Shown: positions 1 to 9,720, numbered from the stretch's first letter. The stretch is DNA of 64,000 nucleotides from an uncultured Nitrospiraceae bacterium (GCA_963846575.1 CAWJWJ010000002.1:1696001-1760000); one strand, 5' to 3'. Notes: generated from the letters alone by a model not told the origin. Translations and numbers: made by a program.

Positions 1-744
1 CCGGTCGCCCATGTCGAAGGCGGCATCCGCTCCGGTGATTGGACCATGCCCGAAGAGATCAACCGCGTCGCCACCGACTCCCTCACCAACTGGTTCTTCA
101 CCACCAGCGACACCGCCAACGACAATCTTCGCCGATCCGGTGTGGGAGACGACCGCATCTTCTTCGTCGGCAACACCATGATCGATACCCTGCTCAAGCA
201 GTTGCCACGCCTGCGTCCACCCGCCTGCTGGGATCAACTCAAGCTCCAGCCGAACGGGTACTTTGTCATTACCCTGCATCGCCCGGCCAATGTGGACGGG
301 GAGCAGCAGTTGCTGCGCCTGCTCCATGCCATTGCCGACGGGACTCGCGGCTTGCCCGTCATCTTTCCCGTGCATCCACGCACCGCGAAAAATCTCCGCG
401 AGCTCGATAGCAAAACGCCGCAATTGAATTACGTCGATCCTCTGGGCTACCTGGAATTCAATTATCTGGTGAAACATGCCCGCGGCGTCATCACCGATTC
501 GGGCGGCATCACCGAAGAAACGACCGTGCTTGGCATTCCCTGCCTCACCCTGCGCGACAATACCGAACGCCCCGAGACCATCACGATCGGCACCAACGAG
601 CTGATCGGGACCGACCCCGCCAAGCTGCCCCCGGCGCTCACCCGTTTAATGGCCGGCCAATGGAAAAAAGGCGCCATCCCGCCGCTGTGGGACGGTAAGG
701 CCGCGGAGCGGATCATCGGGCATCTGGAGCGTCTGTTGCGCTGA
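1..744 (+). CDS. wecB: UDP-N-acetylglucosamine 2-epimerase (non-hydrolysing), 5'-truncated by window edge
   Basis: Frame 1 is open from base 1 (PVAHVEGGIRSGDWTMPEEINR); family motifs VGNTMID, TLHRPANVD, TDSGGITEE, LRDNTERPET, WDGKAAERI. Confidence 0.92.
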   Translation, partial: PVAHVEGGIRSGDWTMPEEINRVATDSLTNWFFTTSDTANDNLRRSGVGDDRIFFVGNTMIDTLLKQLPRLRPPACWDQLKLQPNGYFVITLHRPANVDGEQQLLRLLHAIADGTRGLPVIFPVHPRTAKNLRELDSKTPQLNYVDPLGYLEFNYLVKHARGVITDSGGITEETTVLGIPCLTLRDNTERPETITIGTNELIGTDPAKLPPALTRLMAGQWKKGAIPPLWDGKAAERIIGHLERLLR

Positions 745-995
745 TCGATCACTGAAGCAGCCCGGCGCGAGCCCCCGTTCACAGCATTCATGCAACAGTC
801 GACACCTTCTACTTAATCTCTCTTCATTCCAGTCCGCGGCGCCGCCCATCAAACAAATCGGGATGCCAAAAGTCCCGCTCCACTTGTATTACTTTTTCTA
901 CCGCTTCTCAAGCATTGCCTCAGGAGTACCAGATGCGAGGGACGAGATTGTTTTATGATGAGACAGGTTCGGCCTCGGATACGTACTAGTGCTGT

Positions 996-1679
996 TTGGG
1001 ATTCTCGCAACAGGCTCCGCGCATCACCGCCAAGCTCCTGGCTCAGGCCGCCATCGACCGGAGAAGGAACAAGATCCTGCCGCTCGCCGCCCATGAAGAC
1101 CTGCAGTCCATCATCTCGGCCCCTGAAGAAGCCGGCGAGCCTACGGCCTCCCTCGCCGCACCGCCACTGCCGGCCGATCCCTTGCCGGGCGATGCGGCTC
1201 TGGCCGGGACGGATGCGGAGTCCTCCTACCAGGCGGGACTCACGCTCCGACGCTCCCGGGATTTCAAAGGGGCGATTGAACAATTCGAGCGGGCCGCGCT
1301 CCATTCGGCCTATCGCTTGAAGGCGTTCGGTCAGATCGGTCTTTGCTACAAGGCCATGGGAGAACCACACCGAGCCGTCCTGGCGTTCCGAAAGGCCATG
1401 GCCCATCAATCTCCGCTCCGTCAGGACAACCTCAGCCTGCGGTACCTCCTCGGTACCACGCTCGAACAACTGGGAGATATGCCGGAGGCCATCGAACAGT
1501 ACCAGAAGATTTCCCGGACGGATCGCGGCTTTAAGGACGTGGTGGTCCGCCTCTCGCGCCTGGAGGACTCGCGCCTGTCCACGGAACCCTGGCGCCGACC
1601 CGCCTCGGTGTCGTTCATGGGCAAGGCCTGGAAGAACCTGCGGCAGATTCTGCAGCAACGGACAGAGCCGCGCATCTGA
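996..1679 (+). CDS. Tetratricopeptide repeat protein
   Basis: TPR-like helical pairs (SYQAGLTL..DFKGAIEQFERA; FGQIGLCYKAMGEPHRAV; YLLGTTLEQLGDMPEAIEQY); TTG start uncertain. Confidence 0.7.
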   Translation: MGFSQQAPRITAKLLAQAAIDRRRNKILPLAAHEDLQSIISAPEEAGEPTASLAAPPLPADPLPGDAALAGTDAESSYQAGLTLRRSRDFKGAIEQFERAALHSAYRLKAFGQIGLCYKAMGEPHRAVLAFRKAMAHQSPLRQDNLSLRYLLGTTLEQLGDMPEAIEQYQKISRTDRGFKDVVVRLSRLEDSRLSTEPWRRPASVSFMGKAWKNLRQILQQRTEPRI

Positions 1680-1779
1680 GTTCCACAAGGGCAAGCCTCA
1701 TCCATCGGAATGGTCTCTCATCGGAGTTCATGTTCGATCCAGGTTGGCGTATACTCCGACTGTCTCAGAGCAGTAATCC

Positions 1780-3930
1780 ATGAAACAAATTGTTCAACAG
1801 AACCGTTCCGGCCTGGTGAAAGTCGAGGACGTTCCTCCACCGTCGCTTCGAGGTGCCGGCCTGCTCGTACTCAACGAGGTTTCGCTCATCAGTCCGGGCA
1901 CTGAAAAATCCACCGTGCAGAGCGCACAAAAGAACCTGCTCGGCAAAGTGCTGGAACGCCCGGAACGGCTCAAAAAGGTCCTGACCGCCATCCGCAACGA
2001 CGGACTCACCGATACCATCAAACGTGTCTTCGACAAGCTGGACACCTCTTCTGCCCTGGGGTACAGCAGCGCCGGGACGGTCATCGAGGTGGGAAAGGAT
2101 GCGGGGGTTTTTTCCGCCGGTGATCGTGTCGCCTGTGCGGGACAGAATTACGCATCACATGCCGAGATGATCTATGTGCCGAAACACCTGTGCGTGAAGA
2201 TACCGGAGGGGGTGGAGAGTGAAGACGCCTCGTTCGTGACGCTCGGGGCGATCGCATTGCAAGGGATTCGTCAGGCGGAGCCTCGTCTGGGAGACCGGAT
2301 CGCCGTGATCGGTCTCGGCCTCCTGGGGCAGCTGACAGTGCAGATGCTAAAGGCATCGGGCTGCCGCGTACTCGGGTCTGATCTGGACCTCTCCAAATTG
2401 GAACTCGCCCGGCAGCTCGGCGCGGACGCGGCGGTGGCCTCCACCGGTTTGGTTGAGGCAGCCGGATCCTTTTCAGATGGCCAGGGCGTGGATGCCGTCA
2501 TCCTTACGGCGAGCACGAAAGACAATGGTCCGATTGAGATGGCCGGTGAGATCGCCAGGAAAAAGGGCAGGGTGGTAGTTGTCGGCGCTGTAGGGATGAA
2601 CCTTCCCAGGGAACCCTACTACAAGAAGGAACTGGAACTGCGGCTCTCGATGTCCTACGGCCCGGGTCGGTATGACAGTCACTACGAAGAACAGGGGCAC
2701 GACTACCCATTCGGGTATGTGCGCTGGACGGAGCAACGCAACATGCAAGCGTTCCTCGAACTTGTGGCGGAACGCAAAATCAGGCTGAAGCCGCTGATCA
2801 CCCATCGGTTCTCCATTGAACAGGCCGAAGCGGCCTACTCTCTGATGATGGACGGGACTACTCCCTATATGGGCATGGTGATCACCTATCCCTCCGATCG
2901 CGCCACACCATTGCCACGAACGATCCCCGTGACGTCCCAACCATCCGGGCAGGCCGTCAGCCTCGGAATCATTGGCGCAGGCAACCATGTGAAAGACATG
3001 TTGCTTCCGCCCCTTCAGACCCTGCAGAACGTGACGATTCGCGGGATCTGCAGCGCCACGGGAATGACGGCCAAAGCACTCGCCGACAAGCTCAAAGCGG
3101 CCTACTGCACCAGTGATGTCCAGGCCATTCTAGATGACGCGATGATCAACACGGTCGTGATCGGCACCCGGCACGACAGCCACGGATCACTCGTGGTGAA
3201 AAGCCTTCTGGCCGACAAACATGTCTTCGTCGAAAAACCTCTGTGTCTGACGCAGGTGGAGCTGCACGACATTCGCGCGGCCTACGAAAAGAAAGCATCC
3301 GACGGACGCCACCTGATGGTCGGTTTCAACCGGCGATTCTCGCCCCATGCGGCACAAGCTCGCACGTTCTTCGCGTCAAGAGCCAATCCGCTGGTCATGC
3401 TGTATCGAATCAACGCCGGTCGCATCCCGAAAGAGCATTGGGTGCAGGATCCTGACGTGGGAGGGGGCCGCATCATCGGAGAAATCTGTCATTTTGTCGA
3501 TTACATGCAGTCCCTCTGCGCAGCGCTTCCGCTGTCGGTCTATGCCGCCAGAATCGGGCGGCATAGCTCCGGCATCACGGATGATCAATGCAGCATCTCC
3601 ATCACCTTCGGAGATGGATCCATCGGTACCATCATGTATACAGCCGGGGGAAACGCCGGAGTGCAGAAAGAACGCTTCGAGGCCCACGCGGACGGCCGAT
3701 CGCTCGTCATGAACGACTTCATCGAAACAATCACCTATGAAGGCACGAAGAGCCATGTCTTCAAAACTGCCAAACGCGAGAAGGGATTCGCGGAGGAACT
3801 GACGCAGTTCGCGCGCGCTATCGACCAGGGACTCCCTCCGGTCGTTCCATTCGACCACCTCGAAGCAGTGACGCGTACCTGTCTACTTGCCGTGCAGAGC
3901 CTCCGGTCCGGCTCTCTCCTCCATCTCTAG
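1780..3930 (+). CDS. Bi-domain oxidoreductase (zinc-type alcohol dehydrogenase-like N-terminus + Gfo/Idh/MocA C-terminus), typical of polysaccharide/glycosylation clusters
   Basis: SLISPGTE, GYSSAG, GLGLLGQL, SYGPGRYD; second half GIIGAGN, HVFVEKP, VGFNRRF, GGGRIIGEICHF. Confidence 0.88.
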   Translation: MKQIVQQNRSGLVKVEDVPPPSLRGAGLLVLNEVSLISPGTEKSTVQSAQKNLLGKVLERPERLKKVLTAIRNDGLTDTIKRVFDKLDTSSALGYSSAGTVIEVGKDAGVFSAGDRVACAGQNYASHAEMIYVPKHLCVKIPEGVESEDASFVTLGAIALQGIRQAEPRLGDRIAVIGLGLLGQLTVQMLKASGCRVLGSDLDLSKLELARQLGADAAVASTGLVEAAGSFSDGQGVDAVILTASTKDNGPIEMAGEIARKKGRVVVVGAVGMNLPREPYYKKELELRLSMSYGPGRYDSHYEEQGHDYPFGYVRWTEQRNMQAFLELVAERKIRLKPLITHRFSIEQAEAAYSLMMDGTTPYMGMVITYPSDRATPLPRTIPVTSQPSGQAVSLGIIGAGNHVKDMLLPPLQTLQNVTIRGICSATGMTAKALADKLKAAYCTSDVQAILDDAMINTVVIGTRHDSHGSLVVKSLLADKHVFVEKPLCLTQVELHDIRAAYEKKASDGRHLMVGFNRRFSPHAAQARTFFASRANPLVMLYRINAGRIPKEHWVQDPDVGGGRIIGEICHFVDYMQSLCAALPLSVYAARIGRHSSGITDDQCSISITFGDGSIGTIMYTAGGNAGVQKERFEAHADGRSLVMNDFIETITYEGTKSHVFKTAKREKGFAEELTQFARAIDQGLPPVVPFDHLEAVTRTCLLAVQSLRSGSLLHL

Positions 3931-4143
3931 ACAGCTCAACATTCAGCGCCCGTTCAACCTCGGTATGAGCATCCAGTTGTTCTCACCGGATACCTCTCTA
4001 GCGCGTCCAAGACAGAGCAGGCCTGACATTGTCTATGTAGCCCGTAGCGAAGACCGAGCCGGCGATGATGCTTGCTTGGCAGGATCCTTGTACCGAGGTA
4101 TCTAGGAATCCGCGCTCCCTCTGCATCCTAAAGTGACCTCCCC

Positions 4144-4171
4144 TCAAGTTTCTCCTTCCCTGAGCCGATCA
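4144..4171 (+). promoter_or_regulatory. Putative sigma28 (FliA)-type promoter
   Basis: TCAAG-N15-GCCGATCA just upstream of a GGAGG RBS and the GTG at 4192; resembles the FliA consensus TAAA/TCAAG..GCCGATAA. Confidence 0.45.
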
Positions 4172-4191
4172 GGCAGGAGGGGAGTGTCTCC

Positions 4192-4971
4192 GTGAGTCTC
4201 GAAATCATTCAAATCGTCGAAGACGATCAAAGCCAGGCCAGGTTGTTGGATCAGATTCTCCGGCAGGCTTCGTTCCGGACCAATGTCGCGTTCGATGGTC
4301 CATCCGCCATGCAGGACGTCTGGCGCATCAAACCGGCCTTGATCGTGGCCGACGACAACCTGCCCGGGCTGACCGGACGGGAGATCTGCAAACGATTACG
4401 CCAGGACCCTTCCACCAGGCATCTGCCGATCATCGTCATGTCGGGGTATGCCTCGGAAGAACGCCGCGCTGAGGCCCTTGATGTCGGGGCGGACGATTTC
4501 ATCATGAAACCCTACGGAGCCGTTGAACTGGTAGCCCGCGTGCGCGCGCTGCTTCGGCGCTGCCAACAGGGGCAGGGCCAGGAAGAGGAGCTGGGAGAGG
4601 ACCTTGAATTTTCGGACAGGCTCTATGTGGCGATCTACCGGGGCCGACGGCTCACGCTCTCCCTTCGAGAATGGAAAACCTTGCGACGACTGGTGGGTAC
4701 GGTGGGACACGTCGTGCCTCGCGAGGAACTCAAGGCACTTCTCTGGGACGACGACATTGTCCTGCATGACGGCGAACTTGACTGTTGTATCGAAGAGCTC
4801 AACCGCAAGCTGGGAGGGGAGGGCGGGACGGTCGGAAAAATTGAGCTGGTTCTGGGCGGTGGCTATCGCTTGGCGACGCCCCCGTCAGAGATGAGAGATG
4901 CCCTGCCCCCTCAGCAGGTCGGTCCGGTTGATCCCGCTCCAGCACACTCGGCTTCTGCTCCGATCGTCTGA
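4192..4971 (+). CDS. OmpR-family response regulator (receiver + divergent winged helix)
   Basis: IVEDD, phospho-Asp in IVADDNLP, GADDFIMKP; C-terminal LTLSLREWKTL..PREEL..GGGYRL. Confidence 0.8.
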   Translation: MSLEIIQIVEDDQSQARLLDQILRQASFRTNVAFDGPSAMQDVWRIKPALIVADDNLPGLTGREICKRLRQDPSTRHLPIIVMSGYASEERRAEALDVGADDFIMKPYGAVELVARVRALLRRCQQGQGQEEELGEDLEFSDRLYVAIYRGRRLTLSLREWKTLRRLVGTVGHVVPREELKALLWDDDIVLHDGELDCCIEELNRKLGGEGGTVGKIELVLGGGYRLATPPSEMRDALPPQQVGPVDPAPAHSASAPIV

Positions 4972-5344
4972 CACCTGCAAGTTCGTCATCACTGCCTGCT
5001 CTTCAAATTGTTATACACCGCTCCGGCTTTTCATCCTGAATTCACCCCTGCGCATGACCTCGCTTAATCTCTAAGCCTCCCCGATTGAAGCCCCAAGACA
5101 TGAAGCCGGTTGCGGTGGCGTTACACCATCGACACGGCGGTCAGATTGGAAGCGATCATTCGCTCATACATTATGCATAACGTTAAGTATGTACCTCTCG
5201 AATGATCGGGCCTGGCCATGAGTGGATCCCGCTATCTTGATTACTCTGCCGGAGGATGGGCAGGTCAGGTCGTCTCCCGGAGGCTTCAGGCGCTCCGACG
5301 GTGATTCCCGGCTACACCTTCCTGTCGATAATTGCAGCGATACT

Positions 5345-5361
5345 TTAACTATAGATTAACG
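5345..5361 (+). promoter_or_regulatory. Possible Pho-box pair upstream of sixA
   Basis: TTAAC at 5345 and 5356 (11-bp spacing), about 280 bp upstream of the sixA start. Confidence 0.3.
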
Positions 5362-5636
5362 GTTCAGCGCCCAGATCAGGCCGGAGCAACAGCTCCTCCG
5401 TATCCAAACAACGCCGCGGCTGGGCAACGCCGCTCCGTTTTCGATTGCCGCGCGAGCCAACCCTTGCACGGTACTTTGAGAGGCTGTATGTATAGGGAGA
5501 GCCGATTGTGGCAAAAATTATTCTTAACCCCCGAACCGGCAGAAGCGAGCCTGTCGCGAATACGGTGAGTTGATACTTTAACTAGTTGGGACTGCTATCT
5601 TCTTTGTGGCTGCTTCCTGATTATTACGGTTGATCA

Positions 5637-6134
5637 ATGGACATCATTTTATTCCGGCACGGGCTGGCGGTCGAAAGCCAGGAATGGTCCGGGGACGAAG
5701 AAAAAAGGCCCCTCACCGCCAAGGGGATCTCGCGCACCCGCCGGTCGGGCCGGGGCCTGTTCAATCTTCGGATCAATCCCACGCATCTCTTCTCCAGCCG
5801 TTTGACGCGGGCGCGTGAAACAGCCGTGATCTTACAGCGCCTGGTCCGTCCCAGGCTCACGGTCGACATCTGTAACGAACTGCTTCCCGGAACAGCACCG
5901 GAGCTACTGATTTCGTTGCTCGGCACATTACCTCCGGATTCGGTGGTCATCTGCATCGGCCATGAGCCTCACTTGAGCCTCACGGCAGGCATCTTGATGG
6001 CCGGCAGGCCCTGCGCCGGTCTTTCACTGAAAAAAGCGGGGGCCTGCCTCATCCAAGTGGAGAAACCGGTACGATCGGCAAGCGGCCGTCTCTTATGGTG
6101 GCTTACGCCGGGTCAGTTGCGGGCATTGGCCTAA
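5637..6134 (+). CDS. sixA: Phosphohistidine phosphatase SixA family
   Basis: LFRHG catalytic motif, RPLTAKG, SSRLTRARETA, IGHEPHL, terminal LLWWLTP. Confidence 0.85.
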   Translation: MDIILFRHGLAVESQEWSGDEEKRPLTAKGISRTRRSGRGLFNLRINPTHLFSSRLTRARETAVILQRLVRPRLTVDICNELLPGTAPELLISLLGTLPPDSVVICIGHEPHLSLTAGILMAGRPCAGLSLKKAGACLIQVEKPVRSASGRLLWWLTPGQLRALA

Positions 6135-6328
6135 CTCACTCTCACGCAGGGCGCCATCCGTTTCCTGCGGCCAGCCTGCAGAACTTCACAGACAGTCCCG
6201 CCGGCAACAATTGCCGCCGCCCCGCGGGGTGGTGCGCCATTCATTCAGTCAATTCGTAGAATTGTCCGGGCGCTGGCGGAAGGAATGACGGCTGGGGCAG
6301 GTCGCCGCTCCGGGCGTGATCTATCCGG

Positions 6329-7882
6329 TCAGTGAGCCGGATCCTCCCGGGATGTCACCATGAACTGCACCGGCCGCTTGAATACCCATTCGAACAGATC
6401 GCTACGGGCGCGCGCGGCCCAGATTTCCAACTCCGCGTCACCGGCGACCTGCAGGACCATGATCACGGTCTTTCCGAGCTTGACGTCCACGCTCTGCACC
6501 ACGGAAAACTGACTGCGGTCCAGGCCGTCGGCGATGCGAAGCAAGGCCGACAATGATCTGACGATGCGCTGAGTTCCCTCCGGGAGCGCGACGAAGTCGT
6601 CGTGTTTGCGATGGGGCAACGCCCGTCGGTGGTACCGCGCGATATTCGCGATCAGGTCGATCTCGTCGGAGGTGAATCCCGAGAGATCGCTGTTCTTGAT
6701 GAGATAGTACGCATGCTTGTGGTGCTGTCGTGAATTGATCATGTAGCCGATATCGTGCAGGATGGCCGAGAATTCCAGCCATTCCCGCTCCCTCGGCCCG
6801 AATCCGTGCAATGATTTAGTTTGATCAAACAGACCCAGCGCAAGCCCCGCCACATGAATGGCATGTGTTTCGGACACATGGCATCGACGGGCAAGCGCCA
6901 GTATGTTCCGCTTGCGAACGTCCGGGATGTCCCGCTCAGCTTGAATGCCCTCATGGTGCCGCTGAATAAAATCGTAAATGATGCCTTCCCTGATCGCCTT
7001 GTCGCAAATCGTCAGTTCATCCCTGTCGAGCAATCCCAGGAGAATCCTCAGCACGGTGGAGGCGGGCAGCAGCGTATCGACACGCTTGGGGTCGAGCCCC
7101 GGAATGGCCAATCTGGTTTTCAGGGTGGCCGCCGCCAATCGTTTTTCGATGGCCGCGATCTCCTTCCGGGATATCTTCGCAAGATTCAATTGGGGCAGGG
7201 GACGGCCGGTTCGTTCCAGGCAGATGACTTCGGCCAGGTTGCCCGCCATCCCGGAGGTGGCGATGACCTGTTCGACTCGCTTGGTCTTGTAGGGGCCGAG
7301 GGCGCCCTTGAGCTGAGTGGTCACGGCCTCTTCCATCGCAGACATCATCGGCTTGGATGGAGGAGTCTTCGTGAGGTACAGATCCTTGAGACGGATCGCG
7401 CCGAGTTTCAGGCTCCGGGCATGGAACACCTGGTCCCGGTTGCCGACGATCAGTTCTACGGAACCGCCCCCGATATCGATCACGAGGGTGGGCCGATCGG
7501 GGAGCGCCACGCTGTTTTGCACGCCGAGAAAAATCAGGCGGGCTTCCTCGGCGCCCGTAATCACCCGCACCGTCAGCCCGGTTTGCTGCGCGACATGATC
7601 CAGGAATTCGCCGCCGTTGCGCGCTTCGCGCACGGCGCTCGTCGCCACGCCCTCGATGCGTTCATATCCCTTGTTTCGTGCAAGCGTGACGAGGTTTCTG
7701 ATGACCTCCAGACCACGCATCATGGCCTGGTCCGACAGACGGCGGGAGGTGAAGACGCCGTCGCCCAACCGGGTCATGTCCTTGAAGCGGTCGAGAATCT
7801 TGTAGGAATAGTCCGCCTGGACTTCGGCTAAAACCATATGGATGGAGTTAGTGCCGATGTCGAGGACGGCCAGTTTTGGCAT
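6329..7882 (-). CDS. ppx: Exopolyphosphatase Ppx/GppA with HD domain
   Basis: LDIGTNSIH, ATSAVREARNG, EEARL, DIGGGSVE, LHDIG, HHKHAYYLI, LRIADGLD. Confidence 0.93.
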   Translation of the reverse strand: MPKLAVLDIGTNSIHMVLAEVQADYSYKILDRFKDMTRLGDGVFTSRRLSDQAMMRGLEVIRNLVTLARNKGYERIEGVATSAVREARNGGEFLDHVAQQTGLTVRVITGAEEARLIFLGVQNSVALPDRPTLVIDIGGGSVELIVGNRDQVFHARSLKLGAIRLKDLYLTKTPPSKPMMSAMEEAVTTQLKGALGPYKTKRVEQVIATSGMAGNLAEVICLERTGRPLPQLNLAKISRKEIAAIEKRLAAATLKTRLAIPGLDPKRVDTLLPASTVLRILLGLLDRDELTICDKAIREGIIYDFIQRHHEGIQAERDIPDVRKRNILALARRCHVSETHAIHVAGLALGLFDQTKSLHGFGPREREWLEFSAILHDIGYMINSRQHHKHAYYLIKNSDLSGFTSDEIDLIANIARYHRRALPHRKHDDFVALPEGTQRIVRSLSALLRIADGLDRSQFSVVQSVDVKLGKTVIMVLQVAGDAELEIWAARARSDLFEWVFKRPVQFMVTSREDPAH

Positions 7883-7888
7883 GGGCGT

Positions 7889-8335
7889 TTAGCAGTTGGC
7901 GGATGGCGCGATGTGCCGAATGTTCTTGCCTTCGACCATATAGACGACCGGTTCGCCTATGTTCGTCGTGTGGTCGGCCATGCGTTCGAGCGACTTGGCC
8001 ACGAAGGTCAGCCGGATCGCTCGGGTGATGGTCGGCGTATTTTCCAGCATAAAGGAGAGCAGTTCCCGAAACAACTGTTCATTCAACCCGTCCACGACAT
8101 CATCGTCGGCGCACACCTTGCGGGCCAACATCGGATCGGAATTGACGAACGCATCCAGGCATTCCTTCACCATGCGCATCGTCCAGTTGGCCATGCGAGG
8201 CATGTCGATATAGGGTTTCAGCTGAGGATCGACGAGCGCCCTCAGGGCCTGCTCTATCTGTGACTCAACGAGGGAGCCCATCGCGAGCAGTTGCCGTTTG
8301 AGATGCGCGAGATCCTGGTCGAAATGTCGTTGCAT
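7889..8335 (-). CDS. phoU: PhoU with in-frame internal deletion (148 aa); possibly a pseudogene
   Basis: MQRHFDQDLAHLKRQLLAMGSLVE N-terminus joins directly to PQLKPYIDMPRMA; only one LERMADH repeat motif. ATG at 8335 chosen by family resemblance. Confidence 0.8.
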   Translation of the reverse strand: MQRHFDQDLAHLKRQLLAMGSLVESQIEQALRALVDPQLKPYIDMPRMANWTMRMVKECLDAFVNSDPMLARKVCADDDVVDGLNEQLFRELLSFMLENTPTITRAIRLTFVAKSLERMADHTTNIGEPVVYMVEGKNIRHIAPSANC

Positions 8336-8484
8336 GAGACGGCTGCTCCAGATTATCCGAACCGGCCGGTGATGTAGTCTTCGGTTCGCTTGTCTCGCGG
8401 CGTCGTGAAAATGGTTTAGACGAGGAAGGCCAGGCCGAACACGCATGCTGCCCGAACGCGACCCACAGAAATTTCGAACCCGGC

Positions 8485-8721
8485 TTACCCAATTGCCAGG
8501 AGGGACTGTTTGGTCGAAACCCGTTCGATTTCATATTGAAACCCTCTACGAAGCAGAATAATCCTCCGTTGGCGGCTCAGCTCATCGACGGTTTTGAACA
8601 CTTGATTCCAGGTGAGTTCCGGGAGGAGCGCGACGACCTGCTCCAGAGTCAAGGACTGCCGCGCCCGCAGCAAATCAAGAATACGGGACTCACCTTCGAC
8701 GGAGATAGATGGATGGACCAT
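8485..8721 (-). CDS. Small hypothetical protein, winged-helix-like
   Basis: 78 aa, GGAGG RBS; pattern ILDLL..SLTLEQVV..LTWNQVFKTVDELSRQRRIIL..GFQY resembles a wHTH. Confidence 0.6.
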   Translation of the reverse strand: MVHPSISVEGESRILDLLRARQSLTLEQVVALLPELTWNQVFKTVDELSRQRRIILLRRGFQYEIERVSTKQSLLAIG

Positions 8722-8831
8722 GACGCTCCTCCCGGTTAGACGGCCTCGACCCCTACGCTGCCATCCTTCCTCCTGCCTGGTATCCCTGACATCAGCGCCC
8801 TCTCAATTTTGAGTTAACTTTCCGGCAGCCC

Positions 8832-9380
8832 TCAGATCTCTTCCCCCGCGCACGGAGAGCCTTTGCCGGCGGCTTCACCGTGCGCCGGTGAGCAGCGCAC
8901 CGCAACGACCCGCACGGCGCCTAATGTCAGAAGGATCGCTCCCAGGAGCAATAACTTCGTCTGGTCGGCCTCCTTGAACCAGAGGGAAATGATCTCCGTC
9001 AACATGACCACCAGAATGGTATCCACGATGAACGTCACCTTCACTCGCCCCTCTGAAAAATAGGTCACGGTGGTCTTGAAGACTTCGACCACCGCCAGCA
9101 GAATCAATGTGTCGACAATGATCTGCCGCAGCCCGACTTCGACCGGGCCATGGAACATCAATCCGATATCCAGGAAGGTCTTGATCACGCCTCCGGTCAG
9201 CGCGATAAGGATGGTCAGGATCAGCAGGCTCAAGACCGCCTTGATACCTTTCATCCACAACTCGGTGAGATCCCACTCGAGCACGCGGCCGGCCAGCTCG
9301 GAATAACGATGCATGCGGGGTTGCAGATTCGTGAAGGTCATGCGCAACGGCTCCTTGTAGGGACTCATGAGTTTGTCCAT
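8832..9380 (-). CDS. Phosphate-starvation-inducible PsiE family membrane protein
   Basis: About 4 hydrophobic helices, motif LAVVEVFKTTVTYFSEGRVKVTFIVD, Pho locus context; start may be later (9340). Confidence 0.75.
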   Translation of the reverse strand: MDKLMSPYKEPLRMTFTNLQPRMHRYSELAGRVLEWDLTELWMKGIKAVLSLLILTILIALTGGVIKTFLDIGLMFHGPVEVGLRQIIVDTLILLAVVEVFKTTVTYFSEGRVKVTFIVDTILVVMLTEIISLWFKEADQTKLLLLGAILLTLGAVRVVAVRCSPAHGEAAGKGSPCAGEEI

Positions 9381-9396
9381 ATCTCGGGCACTCGCG

Positions 9397-9516
9397 TCAG
9401 CGGTCCTTGATCAGCAGAGCCGACCAGAGCGCCATGAACAGCGCAACGAGCAACAACATCGAGACGAAAAACGTGCCATTCGATGATGCCGACATCGAAA
9501 ATTCCGCAATAGGCAT
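9397..9516 (-). CDS. Unannotated 39-aa single-pass membrane peptide (MPIAEFSMSASSNGTFFVSMLLLVALFMALWSALLIKDR)
   Basis: AAGGAGG RBS just upstream of the ATG; one hydrophobic stretch; stop 16 bp before the psiE-family ORF; below the ORF-track length cutoff. Confidence 0.6.
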   Translation of the reverse strand: MPIAEFSMSASSNGTFFVSMLLLVALFMALWSALLIKDR

Positions 9517-9607
9517 GAACGACCTCCTTGGTTGACTCAGTGATGTCTGAACGGACTGACGGCTGATCGAAGTCTACGGCTGCACTGTTCCATCGACCTC
9601 ACTGATC

Positions 9608-9624
9608 GGTTACGAACCTGTTAC
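9608..9624 (-). promoter_or_regulatory. Pho-box-like direct repeat upstream of the peptide/psiE/phoU/ppx run
   Basis: Minus strand GTAACA-N5-GTAACC, 11-bp period. Confidence 0.45.
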
Positions 9625-9720
9625 TTCCTACGGCGACAGTCCTGGGCTCCATGTGGATCTCATCCGTGAGGTAGCCGGATGATCCTGCAGGTACGCCGAC
9701 GGACTCTGAACGGAGAAAAG

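Noticed and set aside
849..1694. 281-aa minus-strand ORF
   Set aside because: Antisense to the TPR gene; no recognisable features.
6821..7831. 336-aa plus-strand ORF
   Set aside because: Antisense shadow of ppx with no motifs; typical of GC-rich DNA.
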